64,000 nt of DNA from Phoronis australis (GCA_002633005.1 NMRA01000588.1:124001-188000); one strand, 5' to 3'; counted from the stretch's first letter, positions 13,601 through 28,500 are shown. The notes: generated by a model not told the origin, from the sequence alone. Program-made: numbers and translations.

Positions 13601-14360
13601 GCCGTTTTATCACATATTAAGGTATAGCATGAATACACGCACAGTTATGCTTGTGCCTATTCTTATGATTAGTATGACGTCTTAAGGAAATTATTTAACT
13701 CTTTTGTAACTCAAAACTAACATTTTTCAAACTAAGTAAACTGTTATGTGAAATCAAAAATAATATTCAAACGTTCCATAAATTGATCCAGTATCGTAAA
13801 ACAACGACGTCTTTTCGACTTTCTAGCGGCATGGTTTTGGATTAGAAGTATTAATTTTATGACTTGTGATACCTGTGTTGTAAATTAACACAAGCGATCC
13901 AATGCTTGAGCAAGAAGCCGTATTCTACACTGACGATATAAATGCAGCAGTGGTAAAGACGCCATGGCATAACAATGAGATGACCCCCATAGAGAGAATG
14001 TCATGCATGCTATATGAAAGATCTGTGAAGAGATGTAATGCGGTGCACACTCGACTTATGCTCTGTACATCGAAAGAACGTAAGCTAATATGTAAACAAG
14101 TGAATTGTTTGTTCACTGGGGCGATGCAGCAAACGTTACATACAGACTGTTCCTTCACATTCTGCAAATGAAATGGAGGTTCATAATGAATAGTGTGACT
14201 TATGGGTTTGGGTGGAAATATGACGGTGTTACGTAATTCTTGTGGCAATGCTCATTTATATTAGACAAAGAAACGCTAATCACAAAAGCCATGACGATTA
14301 CATTACGAATGATTGGTTTGTTTTCTTTTCATAAATCTTTATGGTCCTCCAATTGTGGAG

Positions 14361-14420
14361 TAAGACACAGGCAAGAGGGAATAAGACACAGGCAAGAGGG
14401 AATAAGACACAGACAAGAGG
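14361..14420. repeat. 21-bp minisatellite (TAAGACACAGGCAAGAGGGAA)x~3
   Basis: Three tandem units read directly. Confidence 0.85.
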
Positions 14421-15686
14421 GGGGTGGGGGGNTCTTCTAGAAATGTTCAGCTACTTTTATAACATGGCCCAGATGTCTGTTCTGTGTTTGGTGCTCCCCT
14501 CTCAACGATCCTATCTTTGGCCCAACACCCTGTATTAAACTAAGCAAATGTGGATTTCGTGCATTTCACAATGATTGTTGCCAGTTTGTCTTTTCAAATG
14601 TACTGTCATGTAGAGAGGGGATTACTAGGTCACCAACCATAGAATGTTAATTGATAGGTTTAAAATATTTCGCAAAATTTAGAAAGAACAGGGCTGTATT
14701 TTTATTTTAAAATGATTAAATGTATGCAATATGTCTCACAACGAGGAACCCAGCTTAAATTCTCGTACCGAGCATGCATTATAGGCTATTACGCCCGTCA
14801 CACTGATACACGACTGAAGAAATTGGATCAACCAGAGAACAAGAGAAATGATGAGAAAATAATAAATCTCCGTAATTCATTATAGTATACGACGCATTTC
14901 GCCGCTGTTTAGCTGTCTGTGTTGAGTAGTTCATCGAAGCACTTACGTGTTCCGTAACGTCAACACCCTCGTCTGCTCCATTGTTGCTGGCGGCATACTC
15001 AAGTTACAGTCAATGCATGCGCGATTTTCGAATCCGAAATTTTAGGGTTGGCCAACCTTAATAAACCCTGAAACATTTTCTTAAGTCGTTGATAGTTTTG
15101 ATGTTCTTGTTGGTAATATCACGGTAAGGTGTATGATGATACCGACTTAAAAGGTACGATTTGATTCATCGTTTTTAACCAGATTGAAAACAGGGCGTAA
15201 TGCATTTTTGAAAAACGGCAAAACAATGTCACTGCTGCCAACTGATCCTGTAACAGTTCAGCAAGTCCATTGTCCTGATGCTTTGTACTCTCGAGGCAGC
15301 CTGACAATTTAACAATAAATCCGGTCCACTACTAAGCCACCATTTTGAAATTATGAACTCTCCAAAATACCTTTAAACCGCCTTTATATAAATAGAAGTT
15401 CGATCCGTACAGATATCAAATAAAGCCTGGTTGAAATCGTTGAAGTTTTTCGGTAAATTTAATTACTCGGGCAAAACGGTAGCATTTCGTCACGAATGAT
15501 ATTTTTTTCCGTTTGGTTGAAACAGAACTAGCGATCTATGCTTCAAAGTACGCAACCAAGATGCTCGTTTCATACTCCAGGCGCTACCTGTGTTGAAAAC
15601 GGCGAAACTAAGTACACAGATTTGTCGGAATTGTCTAAACACATAAAAGTAAACGACATAACTTCCCCGAATTACCACAAACTCAC

Positions 15687-15800
15687 CTACTACAAGCGGT
15701 CTGATTATTCCGTCTTCCTCAGTGGCGAGGTCAGTGGGCGACTGTCAAAATGTCCTATCACCTGTTTACCTGCCAGTCCCGCCGGGGGGTCGCCTATATT
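15687..15800 (-). promoter_or_regulatory. Possible non-coding first exon and promoter of the Ig-domain gene
   Basis: Strong minus-strand donor TAG|GTGAGT near 15687, GC-richer context, TATA-like AAAATATAGG near 15795; the gene needs an upstream 5'UTR exon because its ATG follows an acceptor. Confidence 0.25.
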
Positions 15801-18032
15801 TTTGAAGGGGCAGCTGTAGAATTACAATACCTACCTATTTAGAGAGTGAATTCGAAAAAGTTACCCAATTATGAGGACCTTCCGTAAAAACAGTCACCCT
15901 TTCACAGCGGTTTGTTCCAGAGCCACCTCCCATCTCACAAGTTAATTCCATAAAAAAATTGCCCTTGATAAGAGCGGTTTAGGACATATGAATCTTTTAA
16001 ATGTTTCAGCCTGAAACAGTTCAGCACAAAGTGGTGTCAAAATGAGTAGATCAACTCAAATTATCTATGGCTATAGCTATGCAACAACTTCACTAGCATT
16101 ATGTAGCTGTCGTGAAAGGAACCCTCTTAGACGGTCTCACTAGCTCCGAGCTAGTCCCGAAGTGAACGGACCGTTTTGTAGGGGATTTTATGCTTTGTCG
16201 CCGGGAATTTTGTAAAGGCACTTTTTCGAAGAGAACCATGTTACCCTCCCGAGTGTGGAAGAATTTCGCCAAAAAGCAAGGTCATGCACGGCCACGCATC
16301 ACGCGAGTGTTCGCGAGTGCAGCTCGGAAAAGTTATTTGCGTACCCCAGACAAATGTTGTCCCACACTGAAGTGATTGATCGCTGACGTTGAACTGTTGA
16401 ATTAAGAGACAAAATTAATTGTTTCTGTACCATGCTTCACGAGATGTCTTGAGTCGATGGAAGACCCAATATACCGTTTCTTCTACTCCCCCGGTAAATC
16501 TCATTGTGCAAACATCGAACTTTAGATCAAGGTCAGATAAATATTCGAAGGTCAGGCGACTACACCTGCATGTAGCAGTGACGAATATATTATTTTCTGT
16601 CGTGCCGGCGCATATGAGCTTTCGAAACAGTTTTAATTTATCGTTGAATATATTAGATTGTGATGATGTTGCCGGCTGAATTTCCGTTACAACCGTGACT
16701 AAACTGTGACACCTCCAGCAAAAATGTGAAATTTATACGAATTCCTGAAACCTCATTAGCGAATTTACCTGATATTCATCAGAAAGACGTAGCGTTGTTT
16801 ATTAATTGCTGGTTTCAACGGATTTTTGTGGTTATTTCATATGATCACAAACTGAAATTTTGTACTTTGGCACTAGTTACCAAATTTTCAGTTGTACAGT
16901 AATAATAACGAAAACATATGGACCTCATTCCAAGATGACTGCCGAGAGAAACGACGATGGATTGAGTGATGGTCTCAGAGATCTTGTACCAACCTTAGTT
17001 AATCATCTGCAGTTGGATAGAATGCGCAGAGAACGTTCACTCACTGAAATCTCCAAAACTAAGTCAGTCAATGATTAACCATAACTCAGTCGAAATACTA
17101 TTTCATTTTTTGTTATTTTCGAAGTTCGTTTGACAAATAATACCAGTCAACACAGCGTTGAATACTTGAAAACAATGCGAGGTTTAGGAATTGGATACTG
17201 TTTTCACCTGACGCCAACGATCGTACTGCGGTGTATCAAATCAATCCTGCAGGCCACCGTGAGCCGATTTTTGACAAGGAGTACGAAAACCTATGAGTAA
17301 ATTCTTGAGAGTTGAGAGTAACCGAAGGGACATCTTATGTATATGGAGTCTCATAAGTTTGTCGCGATTTCTGCATCTCATGGTAGTAATGCCAGTTCTT
17401 CAGATGTAGGCCCTAGTGACGATTTATGTCCACTGACCCCGCGCTCAAACAAAGATTTGAAAGTACAATTGCATGATTGTGGTACTCTTTGTTCATCAAT
17501 ATTGGGGATTATTAGTAGCACACATTTTTAATTCAAACTTTTCTCCAATTACTGTTCATAGAATTAGGACTGAAAACACTAGACATCAAAAGAGACAAAA
17601 CAGAACATGATTTTTTGTAAGATTTGCATTAAAAAGCGCCTTTTTGAGGAAATTTTAAACTTTTCGTGAATTTTCCCGTAAATTGACATGCACAACTCCT
17701 CGCGACGGAGACCATTATAAAGATTGTTTCGGAGCCCAGAAAATCTTCCCCTTCGAACTAAGACAGCTTGAGAATAATGAATCACTTTAACACGACAACT
17801 GAAGACACCGCCCATCAGTTACGTCACAGATCGTGGTACACTGCGTAACGTTACCAACTCTTCTTCATTCAAAACTTAGTGTGTTGCGGCGTAATCCAAA
17901 GCGCAAGTCGTTAGTAGAAATCCAAACATGCTACCAACACAAAAAATCACACTAGATACGACCCGGGCAGGATGTGGACCTATGGAACAGTTAATTTAAC
18001 AAAGTGCATACAGAAAGAAAAAGCAGATTACG

Positions 18033-18038
18033 TTTATT
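18033..18038 (-). terminator. Candidate poly(A) signal of ACOT9-like gene
   Basis: AATAAA on the minus strand followed by a U-rich tract; a second AATAAA at 18206-18211. Confidence 0.4.
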
Positions 18039-19191
18039 GACATTATGTAAACTACGTCAAGTAAAACACAGTGTACGAGATCTCTGAAAGGTGTAAGTGA
18101 AACCGCTATCAGAGACTACCTGAGCAGGCTAATACTAAACAATAAATTTAAAGGAAAAGTATAAACAACATGAAACAATCTAAGACAAGTGAAGGTAGGC
18201 CACAATTTATTAAGTCGCTGAATATTTTCACCTGTTTTGAGTGATAAAGCGAAGGCGAGGGCACGTCGTTTAGCGCAGTAGAAAGAATCTTTAGATAAAA
18301 CTCATCGTGACCAAATGATAAGGGGAAAGTTATCAGTTTGAAATTGCAGTGTCACCGAAGACACACCCGGAACGCAAATCTATTGAACTTAAATAAAATA
18401 TGTCGTGCACTGGTGTCAGCATTAGTCAGTCGCACGACTGCGGAATCTAACTCCTCCGGGCCATCACACCGAGGGTTGCTTGAATACACTGCACATGCAG
18501 TAAGCTTACAAGCCAAGACCACAGGCGGAGAAAACGTAAGGAAAAAGTAAAATAATAGGTTCAGGCCTGCGCCTGACACATTTTGAAAACTGAGCCTCAC
18601 TATTTAAAGAAAACAAACGCCCACTGCATAGCTTATTTAGCGAAATTCTTCAAAAAGCTGACACAAAGTTATCTATCAAGGTAACTTTTTAGCAGTCATA
18701 ATGGCTTTGTAACTTAGCAACTATCTTCTTTTATGACCTAAACTGATTAAGAACGCATATCCAAAGGCAAGTGGTTTTCTGCTGGGCCACGCGATCATCC
18801 CGGCGGCCTCCCGGTCGTTGTCAACCGCCACCAACACCCCCCCTCCCCGACCGAGTATAGCCAACAGCGTCACTGGACGCCCACCACTTAGGCAACTTTC
18901 TGAAAATAAAAAAACTACATCATATCACCTCTCAAACTCTCACTTCTACTTGTTGGCCTGACAAAAATAAAATATCTCATAAACAAACCACGGGAAAGAC
19001 AACGGGGCTTTGAAAAGCCGCGACGTGGTGTAGCAGACAGTGTGACTTCGATGAGACAGGTGCATTCGTGCGTTCTGCAGTCACAATTAAGACTCGTGTG
19101 ACGAAAGCTGATGTGCTCACGTGCTCCACTGGTAACTCCTGACAATATCTTGGGAAGGCTTGTGTGATCTCACTTTTCTCGCAAGACACTA

Positions 19192-19351
19192 CATGGGCGG
19201 ATCCAGGATTTTGAGTTGGGGGGGGGGCAGGGCAGAGTATTAGCCAGGATTTTGCCTGTCAGACATTGGCACTCCCGAACTGACCAATGGAATCTTGGAG
19301 AATTTTAGGGGGGGCCATGGCCCCCTTGGCCCCCCTCTAAATCCGCCACTA
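19192..19351. mobile_element. GC-rich MITE with 5-bp TSD (CACTA) in the probable ACOT9 3'UTR
   Basis: CATGGGCGGATCCAG...CTAAATCCGCCACTA inverted termini; CACTA at 19187-19191 and 19352-19356. Confidence 0.8.
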
Positions 19352-19456
19352 CACTAGAATTGCTCTTGGGAGAGTAACCCAAATCTTTCCGTCTGAGGTA
19401 ACTCGAGACAACTCAGTGTAGGAAGAATCATGCTATATACAGGCGCCATCCATACT

Positions 19457-19512
19457 TCAGTTAATTCCACCAGCTTCGTAATGCCTTTTACCATTCAAGA
19501 ATAACATGGATT
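19457..19512 (-). CDS. ACOT9: ACOT9-like exon 12 (ESMLFLNGKRHYEAGGIN*)
   Basis: tttacag acceptor, phase 1, stop TGA at 19457-19459. Confidence 0.92.
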
Positions 19513-22500
19513 CTGTAAAAAACAACAAAAACAGTATCATACGAATGAACGTAGATCTCTTGAGAAATTCCTTCTTTCGTAAAAATGTCTTTGCACCGCC
19601 TAGCTGATTTAAGGAATAATTTAGACTTGGAACGAAGACAAATAGCCCATCCATTATAAGAAAGATTGAACGCCACATCTAATGGGAATTCTTTTCAAAA
19701 CAAAAACTCATTGGTTTTTATCTCCAGACACGTTGATACTACTACTAGTTATACATGCCGATCACTGCAAACAATTCACGTATTATACTTTGCAAACACT
19801 GCACCCGATAAAACGCGCATTTATGAGTTGGTAGATATGCGACTCCAAACGCATTCAAACAATTGCAGAGTAGAAAATGCAAAGAATTTAGCAATCGAAA
19901 ATGTGTCTACTTCGATTAAGTAATGAAACAGGAGCACCTGAGACGTGCTCATTTAGTGGTCTAGAAGTGTCATACAGTGCATATATGATCTACGAGTAAA
20001 CAGCAATTTTACCTGCGTACGATTTGGGCATGACTTTTGGTACTGGAACATCACGTGTCGTAAACGTGAAGTGAAATACGTTTGTCACTTCGTACACACC
20101 TGTCGTGGGCTGGACGACCTCAGCATAGACCATCACTTGCATGTTATACCCGTCTGTATACACCACCTGGTGAGAAAAAGGGGACGCTGTGATTTCTGAA
20201 GGCCGACCGACTAAACTTCTAAACGTAGTCAGTGTTGGAAGAGACTTCATTGACCCTCGGTTTCAGGAAATTTACATGAACGCGACGTCAGAAGTGAATT
20301 TTCCTGTTGTGGGGTTATTCTACACGTTTTGAACACAAGAGGACGTTGTTGGATTGGGGCGAAAGAAACAATGTCTGACTGTATTGTACACGTTCGTTTC
20401 ACTTCCTCACTTCCACGTTTTAGAAATGATTACCAAAGCACATTGTTATAGTCTACTGCTCACAACTACTAAAATGCCTTTTCACGGTTAACTGAAGCAG
20501 GCTATAAGTCCATGTGCCCTTAGTAAAATCTGAGATCAAGAGAAATTCATATCCGTACTGATCCAGTTTACCTGTGAGGATAGATAGAGAAGGGAACCAA
20601 TGTCCACCGGCTTCCCGAATAGAATATCATCCACGGCAACACAAAATGGTCGAGATTTGCTGAAATGAAAACAAAATTCACAGACGCACTGAACGTGCTT
20701 CAGTTCTAAAGCAATAATCTCATGGCATACCAGATTTAAAAATTTTGATGGCAAGATAGGTGAAAATTTTAAGAATTTTTAGTGGCAGAAACAATATTAG
20801 AGTTGTGTGATATTTTTAGGCAACTTACCTATATCACCTTGGCCAGGATGATTAAATTAAAGATAAAACTCGATCTTGATGTACAACTGACCAATAAAAT
20901 CTCCAACAGGATTATCTCGCTGCTATGTCTAAAATGTTACTTAAGGTGGCATGAATACGCTCTTGGTGAACATAAAAACAAAGTAAGGAGTCTTGCAAAA
21001 TGCACCAGACATATAATGCAGCAAATGCTGACCGCATAGTGTAACTGTCCGCAAACTGAACATTGTCACGCATACCTGTGCACCAGTGCAGTCGCCCAGG
21101 CTAATTCAGTTGCTTTCCTCATCAAAAATCCTCCAAATACTTTATTGTACAGATTTCTCTCCTGTAAGTAGTTTGAAATGCATGGATTATTAAATGAGTT
21201 CCAGCAAACAATCAGCCAGGTTTCATAAGCATATTATTTCAATTGCAAACTAATAAAAGGACAACAAGATTCCCCATGCTGTCACCCGAGAGTGATTCAA
21301 TGGCACCTGGCTTCTTGTCACACAACCCTAGTTATTCAAAATTCTGACTACACTCATTATCCCAACATAGAACACCCTTTCATAAAACTCGCAACATTGT
21401 CAATTGTGGAGTCAAATTAACCCGACTGATTTTGAAATTATGATTTATACGCGACCAGTCAATGCCAACATGGAGAAAAGAAAAAAAATACCTGAGGAAA
21501 ACAGATTATGACATTTTTTAGTTTTGTATCTTCCATCCAGACACTGCCCTCTGGTTTCACACGCACTTTAAACGAACCAGAGCTGAAACAAGAAAGAATA
21601 GCCTATTTTGCCTCATACATCTTTGCCATCAGACGTTTGACAGCGACAGGCACACTCGCACATACAACATGTGTGATATGGAAAAAATGAGATCATCAGA
21701 ATGACAGGAAGCTATAAGATGTTAACACGAAGACCGAAATATACCAGTTTCAGTTGTCCTTTTTAGAACAAAGGTATGTTTGATCCTTCATGAGCTCAAG
21801 ATCTATATCCCCAGTGTACTTTTTCAAAGTGTTTCTGTTTAGTGCATTTTCCAGTGCAGAGCTGAGTTGTGTTCCGCAAGTTAGTCACCTTCACATTCTG
21901 ACTTGCGGATTTTTGTATTCTGAGTCCGCATACGCCAAGAACAGACAGGGCTTACGACAAAAAAGAGAAACAATTTCCAGGTGATGTATTGTCCAACAAA
22001 TAAATAGGCTTGTGTGATAGAAATATCTTTTGTGTTGTAAAATTTAACTGAAATATACGTTTTTGCATGAATAAAATCAAAATAAAAATAAAAAGGATAC
22101 AAAAAAGAGGAAACCAGAAATCACATAAGAGGAAATCGAAACCAAAAGAAGAAATCCTCTTATAAGAGGAAAATTCCAAGCCCTGAACAGAAGATATTAA
22201 CATTTACTCTCTACGACTTTTGCTCCCCTTTGAAAACATGGTTCAGGTTTCGTGTGATCCAAGAAGCTCCAACTTTGGGGAAAATACCGCTGACATTAAC
22301 CCCCATCGTCTATCTCCTTAAACTTACCGCGATTCATTCAAAATACCAATGGAGGTGAAACTTGCTTTGAGAAAACGTTGTCCTATGCTTTCGCTGTCGT
22401 CCAGGGATCTGCTACGGAAATTCTCGGTAGATATTTGCTTTATTATTTTCAAATTTTTGCCGTCCATTGAAGAGCTATAAGTTGAAACAGCAGCTGGCCA

Positions 22501-25500
22501 ATTAAAGCTTCTATGAACCAATCGAGTGCTTGAGTGTCAAAAATTCAGCTTTCGTTGTTGTTCTTCCAAAGTGACGTCTTTGCGCTGTTTTTTTGTTTGA
22601 ATTGAAACTGGTTACCATAAATAGTGCAAAATTTCCAAGAGAGACATACTGCCTTGGTGTTGGAAACAAATTTGCCGTAATACGCAATTTCAGTTACAAG
22701 GGCCTCAACTGAAGCAAAAAACAACATGTCATCTCTTCTCAAACTTCTTTCTAATCGGAGTAAGGAACAAGATGAGACAATTTTCATGGCGTCATGTGAC
22801 CTTACAGCCACTCGCATGTGACCTAGTGACCTAACAGCCACTCGCATGTGACCTACTTTTCGTCAACCGTGGAGAGGAATAGTTGGTGAATGAGGTGGCG
22901 CTCTTCATACGTGGGTGGTGTTTTAATCAGAGACTGTCGCTCTTGCTCTTCCCGCAACAGCTTGTTGTCTGGAAAAGGAAAACACAACGTGAACGTAGAT
23001 ATTCAGCGAAAGCAAAACAGATAGAGGGCCACCAAGCTAAAAAGCTTTCGGATCGCGACGTGACCCATTACGGCGGCGTTTTCCCGTTGCTTTCAACTTG
23101 TTTGATTTTGTAGCCCAACAACAACTTGGGAAGTTCATCCCTGTAGCCAATATCTTACACGACTGATTAACTCTATTCAGGCATTCATGGTTGGATGGCC
23201 AGCTCACTTTTGTTCGATAATTGCTCTAATCTTTAATAAGATCCTATCTAGCCTGACTGGGCTCAGTGTGCTGTTACAAATAAAATTTAACTTATAACAA
23301 GTTATAACATATTTGAACATAAACCAATAGCATTTCTGAAATCGCCTCGTCAGATGGTGATCATGTTTAGTTTTTGAATCGCCAAAATCGCCCAACCGCA
23401 ACTGAAGTTACCGATAATCTATTCTTTCCGAATGTACTCCGCACTCTGGGTTTGACGGTGTTCACACGTGTTCTGTAATAAGTCTGGTAGATAATTGGTC
23501 TGCCTGTTGTCATACCAGACAAAAGAGTGTGCTTAGCAGTTAACAAAGAAGCAAAATGTTATCACACGCTCAGAACCCCCTTCGTCTGGTAAAGTCACTG
23601 AACGAGAAAACGCTGTCATACACATGCCAGCGTATATGGGTACAATGATAATCATCAGAATAAATTAAGCAGCACACATTCTTTAAGCAAGAAGGTTAAT
23701 GGCCTTTTTGTCAGCACTTTGAGCACATAAGTTAGACGTGCGTGTACCTTTTCCTTTCTCGAAGAGTTTCTCTTCCTCCGGTCCATCTGGAGCAAGTGGA
23801 TTCACAACAGCCCTGTAAACATGTCTACATGTTACTGTTATTACACGCTGTGGGACATATTGGCGTGTTCAGGATGTTATACGGGAGAGAGACAAACCAA
23901 AGTTTTCGAAGGACACTCACGCTTAGGCTGTAAAATCGGCGCTGACGGCATTTGTTTTCTTAGCCATGAACACAACAATGAAAGAGGCCTAGATAGAGAA
24001 GCCGGCCCCCGTGGGGCCCGCCGACTTTTTTGAGCCACTGAAAGAAGCTATCTCAAAACAAAAATGCAATATCCACGTGCGTCTGTACTTCTAGGCCCTG
24101 TTTTAATTAAGGTAGTAATGCCTGGTCGTAAGACGGGTGTATATATAATTAGGTACGGTTTTCGAAGGAGAGACGCTATATTTTACACGAATCAAACGTT
24201 TGTCACTAAAAACGTGGCCTAAGCTCGTATTCAAACTGAGCGCCCGGCATCACGAACCACGTTAGTGAAATATATGCATATAAAAACTAAAGATACGGCC
24301 ATGATTTTAGCTAAGACATGACATATGACCTTTGATACAACGTGGGACCCTGCAGGGGATTCTGAGCTTATATCTCTTCGGCGCTCACGATGTAGTCTAG
24401 TTGCCAAAATGTTGACCCTGCAATGTTGTTTACTGTAAAGTTTTCTTTTGGAAATTATTACATGTGGTTAGGAGAATAAAATTAACTTGGTTGCACTTTG
24501 TGCAACTTTGAGCATTTTTTTATAATTCAAGGCGGCGGCTTCCGTCGTCTTGAATTTCGCCTAATTTCCACACGCTGAACATGATACCTTGTAGGATTCT
24601 GGACGGGGAGTCCTTTTCTGAAATTATTTTATGGAAGCAAGCACAAAGTCAAGGTCAAATGAGAGGTCAAAGGTCACGTTGAACTGAAACAAGGAAAATT
24701 CATCTCTTTTGCGCAACGAAATGTTAAATTTATGGGAAATGCAGAATTATCATTTCAGTGATTCCATAAGGGATACCTAAATACTGGAATAAAATATCCT
24801 TCCAACATCTCAATAACTAGTTTGTTGTAGTAGACCTACGCATGCCGCTCACCGGAAGGCCCATCCCACTGATCACCTGCATCTTTATGCTTTGTTAATT
24901 GAAGCAGAGCTGAGGATTTAGGGACTTGACTCAAGCGACCATCAGTGTGGTCCGTGTGACTCGAAAACACAACCTTGGGAGGATTCTAAGCCAAACTGCC
25001 TCCTCATAGTGAATCGGGGTATGTGTATAGATTAGCGGAATCCGTGCAGGTTACAGACACGTATACACTAGGATGGGCACTGTTATTTATCCAGGGAAAA
25101 CTCATAAACTATGACTTCTGGAACTTACTATAAAATAAAGTAAATTTCCCGACTTTGCGTAGCCGCTTGGCTTCTTCTACTGTGGATCGATGACTCACTG
25201 GTTCTCGAGAAAACTTCACGACCCCATGCGTCGGTGTTCATGGAGAACAGCTTCAAGGAAATGGACCATGAGTCACTGACTGCGGCCGAAGCCGCCATCT
25301 TGAATTACAAAAAATGCTCAAAGTTGCACTAAGTGCAACCAAGCTAATTTTGTTCTCCTCATCATATTTAATATATTTCAACTAAAAAACTTTACAGTAA
25401 TCAATATTGCAGGGTTCACTATGGGAGCAATTGGGCTGGCAACTAGACTGATGTGGCCTTCAGTTGGGTTGAATATACAAGTTGGCAGGGCACACACAAA

Positions 25501-28500
25501 ACCATTTTAAATTCGGGTATACGTAACAAATTTCGAAACTAAATGTCGGCCATATCTAATTCTACATTCCTTTATTCGATGGCACCGGAAATCGCTGTAA
25601 AACAAAATAAGTTTTAAGTAGGAGTATTAGATAAGCTGTACTGCAGTTCGTGTTGACGCCATCTACCGGTACTGTACACGCAGTGTCATGAAATATTGAG
25701 AAAAATAAGCAAATGGGTTCCATCAGAACCGGGACACTCACAGTTATTACTGGCAGATCAGAGCGTCAGTTATTATTCATAAGGACACAAATAGAAGGAT
25801 GAGTGACTTATGAAGACCGTCCTCATAAACAGACACTCATTGCGAGTGCCTGCTTATCCATGAGCAAAGATCGATCAGAGGTCGAAAATGACGTTAAACG
25901 GGGAATTCTCAACGATTTAGAAATATTGAGATAAGCATACATGCAGATTTTCAGAAGAGGTCAGAGTATTGCGTATTTTCATAATATTTACTCAGTGACG
26001 CAATACTAAGCTAATGTACTTTGAAATCTTAAATATCTAGAGTAACTGTAGTTTCGTACTGAGTCTGCTAGCTTACTTCACGTTCTTGGGGCCTCTAGCG
26101 ACCATGACGAATCTGGCGTGCAGCAGGTGGTTCCACCTGTTCTCCCTAAACTGTTCCATGGTCATGCTGACTTCAATAGACGACTTACCAAAACCGCTCA
26201 CGAATCCGTGCAATTTGATATCACAGTCGGGAAGCAAGTCAAGCTCTTTTAAGTCTGGAGGATAAATACATTACAAAGCGTCACCTATAACGGATCGTGA
26301 CTCCTCTAGTCCAAATACAAAATGATAGAAAGGAGGATTACGCCATTTATTTACTTTTACATTACGGCTAGCAGACTGGCAAACCAGATCCACCATTCAG
26401 CTAGCGCCAACTGGAGCAATTGCTTCATGCGTAATTTTCCCTCAGCGTCATCAACGGAATATCATTTTCAGTTGCCTTAGGCCTACATTTATTCTCTGGA
26501 AGCTTTCGGCCCGCCTTTATTTAACTCTCCTCTGTTGCCGAGGTAGAAAAATGCACTGCATGACAGACCAACTTTTCACTAATGGCGCAGTTCATTAACA
26601 AGACAACAACACATTGAGTATCCAGAACTGGACTTTTTGCCTACTTTTGGTGTCAGTATTGTAACTCAAAATGCGATAATACACGTTCACCTGCATTACA
26701 ATGATGAATTACAAAACTAGGATATGAAATAGTGTTTTGTACGTATGTATGTAAAAGCAAGTCAAGCGCTGGACACTGATGCCTTTTGGGTATATTCCGT
26801 CTTTAAAAGTCGGTAGTGATGCTGTTCTAGTCAAGACGGAAGCAGTTCGTTTTCGTCACAAAAGGAACCCTTTACGGAGACTTTTCCTCAAGAATCGAAA
26901 AAGTGCAGTCGCGCAAATGAGGTGAAGGCTTCGGCTAAAAGAACAGAGCAGTTGTTTTACAGACACAGCCTGCCGGTCGAGTCCCGTGTTTCGGTCACTG
27001 AGCTTTCGCGGGGGCGGTGCTTTGGGGGGCACAAGGGGTCTCGCAGTTCATTCCAAAAGAGACCTCAAAGCCGACACTCGTTTCAATTTTTTGTCTTCCT
27101 CATTGTTTAAGTTTTAAATGTACCCATGGGAGCTACCATGACCCCAACCTCCCCCTCCCACTCCCCACTTCATAATAAATACTTCAGGCAACTTCAGTGC
27201 CGATAAATTTTGCTGCTCGTATGAGCCATATATTTGGAATCTTTGATTATTTGTTAGACCGATTCCCACAACGCTATTTCGGCAAAATGGTCTCCGAGTT
27301 CACTGATGGGCAAATATAAGCACCCAAGTGCCGACAGCTTGAAGCGAGTACTGATGCTAACGGGATGCGAATAAAGCAATGTGATCAAAATTAGTCCTTT
27401 TGGCGGATTTTTATGTACGGGGGTAAGGGAGACCCATTTGCCTGTGTTCTCTTTCACGAGTGTCCTATTGTGGTGTCGCGCGAGTGGCTGAAGACTGAAA
27501 ACCCAACATACCGCTCAGCATTTGGATGACGCCATTTTCCGTTGGTGCCAACACTTGTCACACTTACCTATTCTGTCCACAAGAGCCGTCACGATACATA
27601 AGGGGGATTTCTGGTCATCGCCTTTAGATGGGTCCAAATTGTGTTTGTAACTTGTGGCAACTGAAAGCAAATTAGAAGAGTTCCTTAATTTGAGAGAACA
27701 ATCATTTAGTAAATGTAATGAACGCACCATGCAAGATTGATTAGTTGCTACCTTCTGTCGATATATTGCTTGACTCAAAACTATCCGAGTTGCTCGTCTC
27801 GGGAGTAACGGAAGGAGAAATTCAAAACTACTCACCCGTGTGTAGAGCTGCATTAAGGGGACTTTTTCGTTTTTGTGACCGAAAGACGCAATTTGGGGAT
27901 AATTGTAGAATTGGACTGACCTGTCATAAGTTATGACCAGAATTACAAACAAAGTCAGTACTGTTGTACAAATCACCTTACCGTTGTCTGCCAGACATTC
28001 GCTGAAATTAAGACCGACGTTTTCGGTTACCATCTAAATACTAGCATGTGGGGGATTTGGCTTAGCGCGAGAGCGTTCGGCTGCTACGGTGGACTTAATA
28101 TATTCGATTCCGCACGACTGCTCAGTTCTGAGAAATAACTTTTTACGCCGAGAATGTACCTTAGTTAATTAAAGGCCATTGCGCAAGCTAAACATCTGAG
28201 TAAACTAGAAGAACAAGTAGCTTGTGTCTGCAAGAATTGACTTGTCCCGCGTTACTAAACGATCATGACCAATAAGTTACACCACACTCACTTCGATGAC
28301 CCGTGAGCATTGTCAAACCCTTTGTGTTTTTAATGCAATAACCCTAGTTTGGTGGTAATAATCACAGGCGCACTTTTAAGATTTGCACGTTGAGTTAACA
28401 CGCAGTTTAAGACATGCACCCAAATCCAATTTCAAGTGCCAAATTCGAAACACGGCCCATTCGTAACGAACTATGGCTAAGTATAGGCTCTCCCGCGATA

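Noticed and set aside
22328-22474. AG/GT-bounded open segment in ACOT9 intron 7 (SSMDGKNLKIIK...NESR)
   Set aside because: No similarity to ACOT9 and the protein is colinear without it; it is phase 2-2, so a rare cassette exon cannot be excluded
27515-28033. 172-aa minus ORF
   Set aside because: Only 27568-27660 is a real exon; the rest is intron read-through
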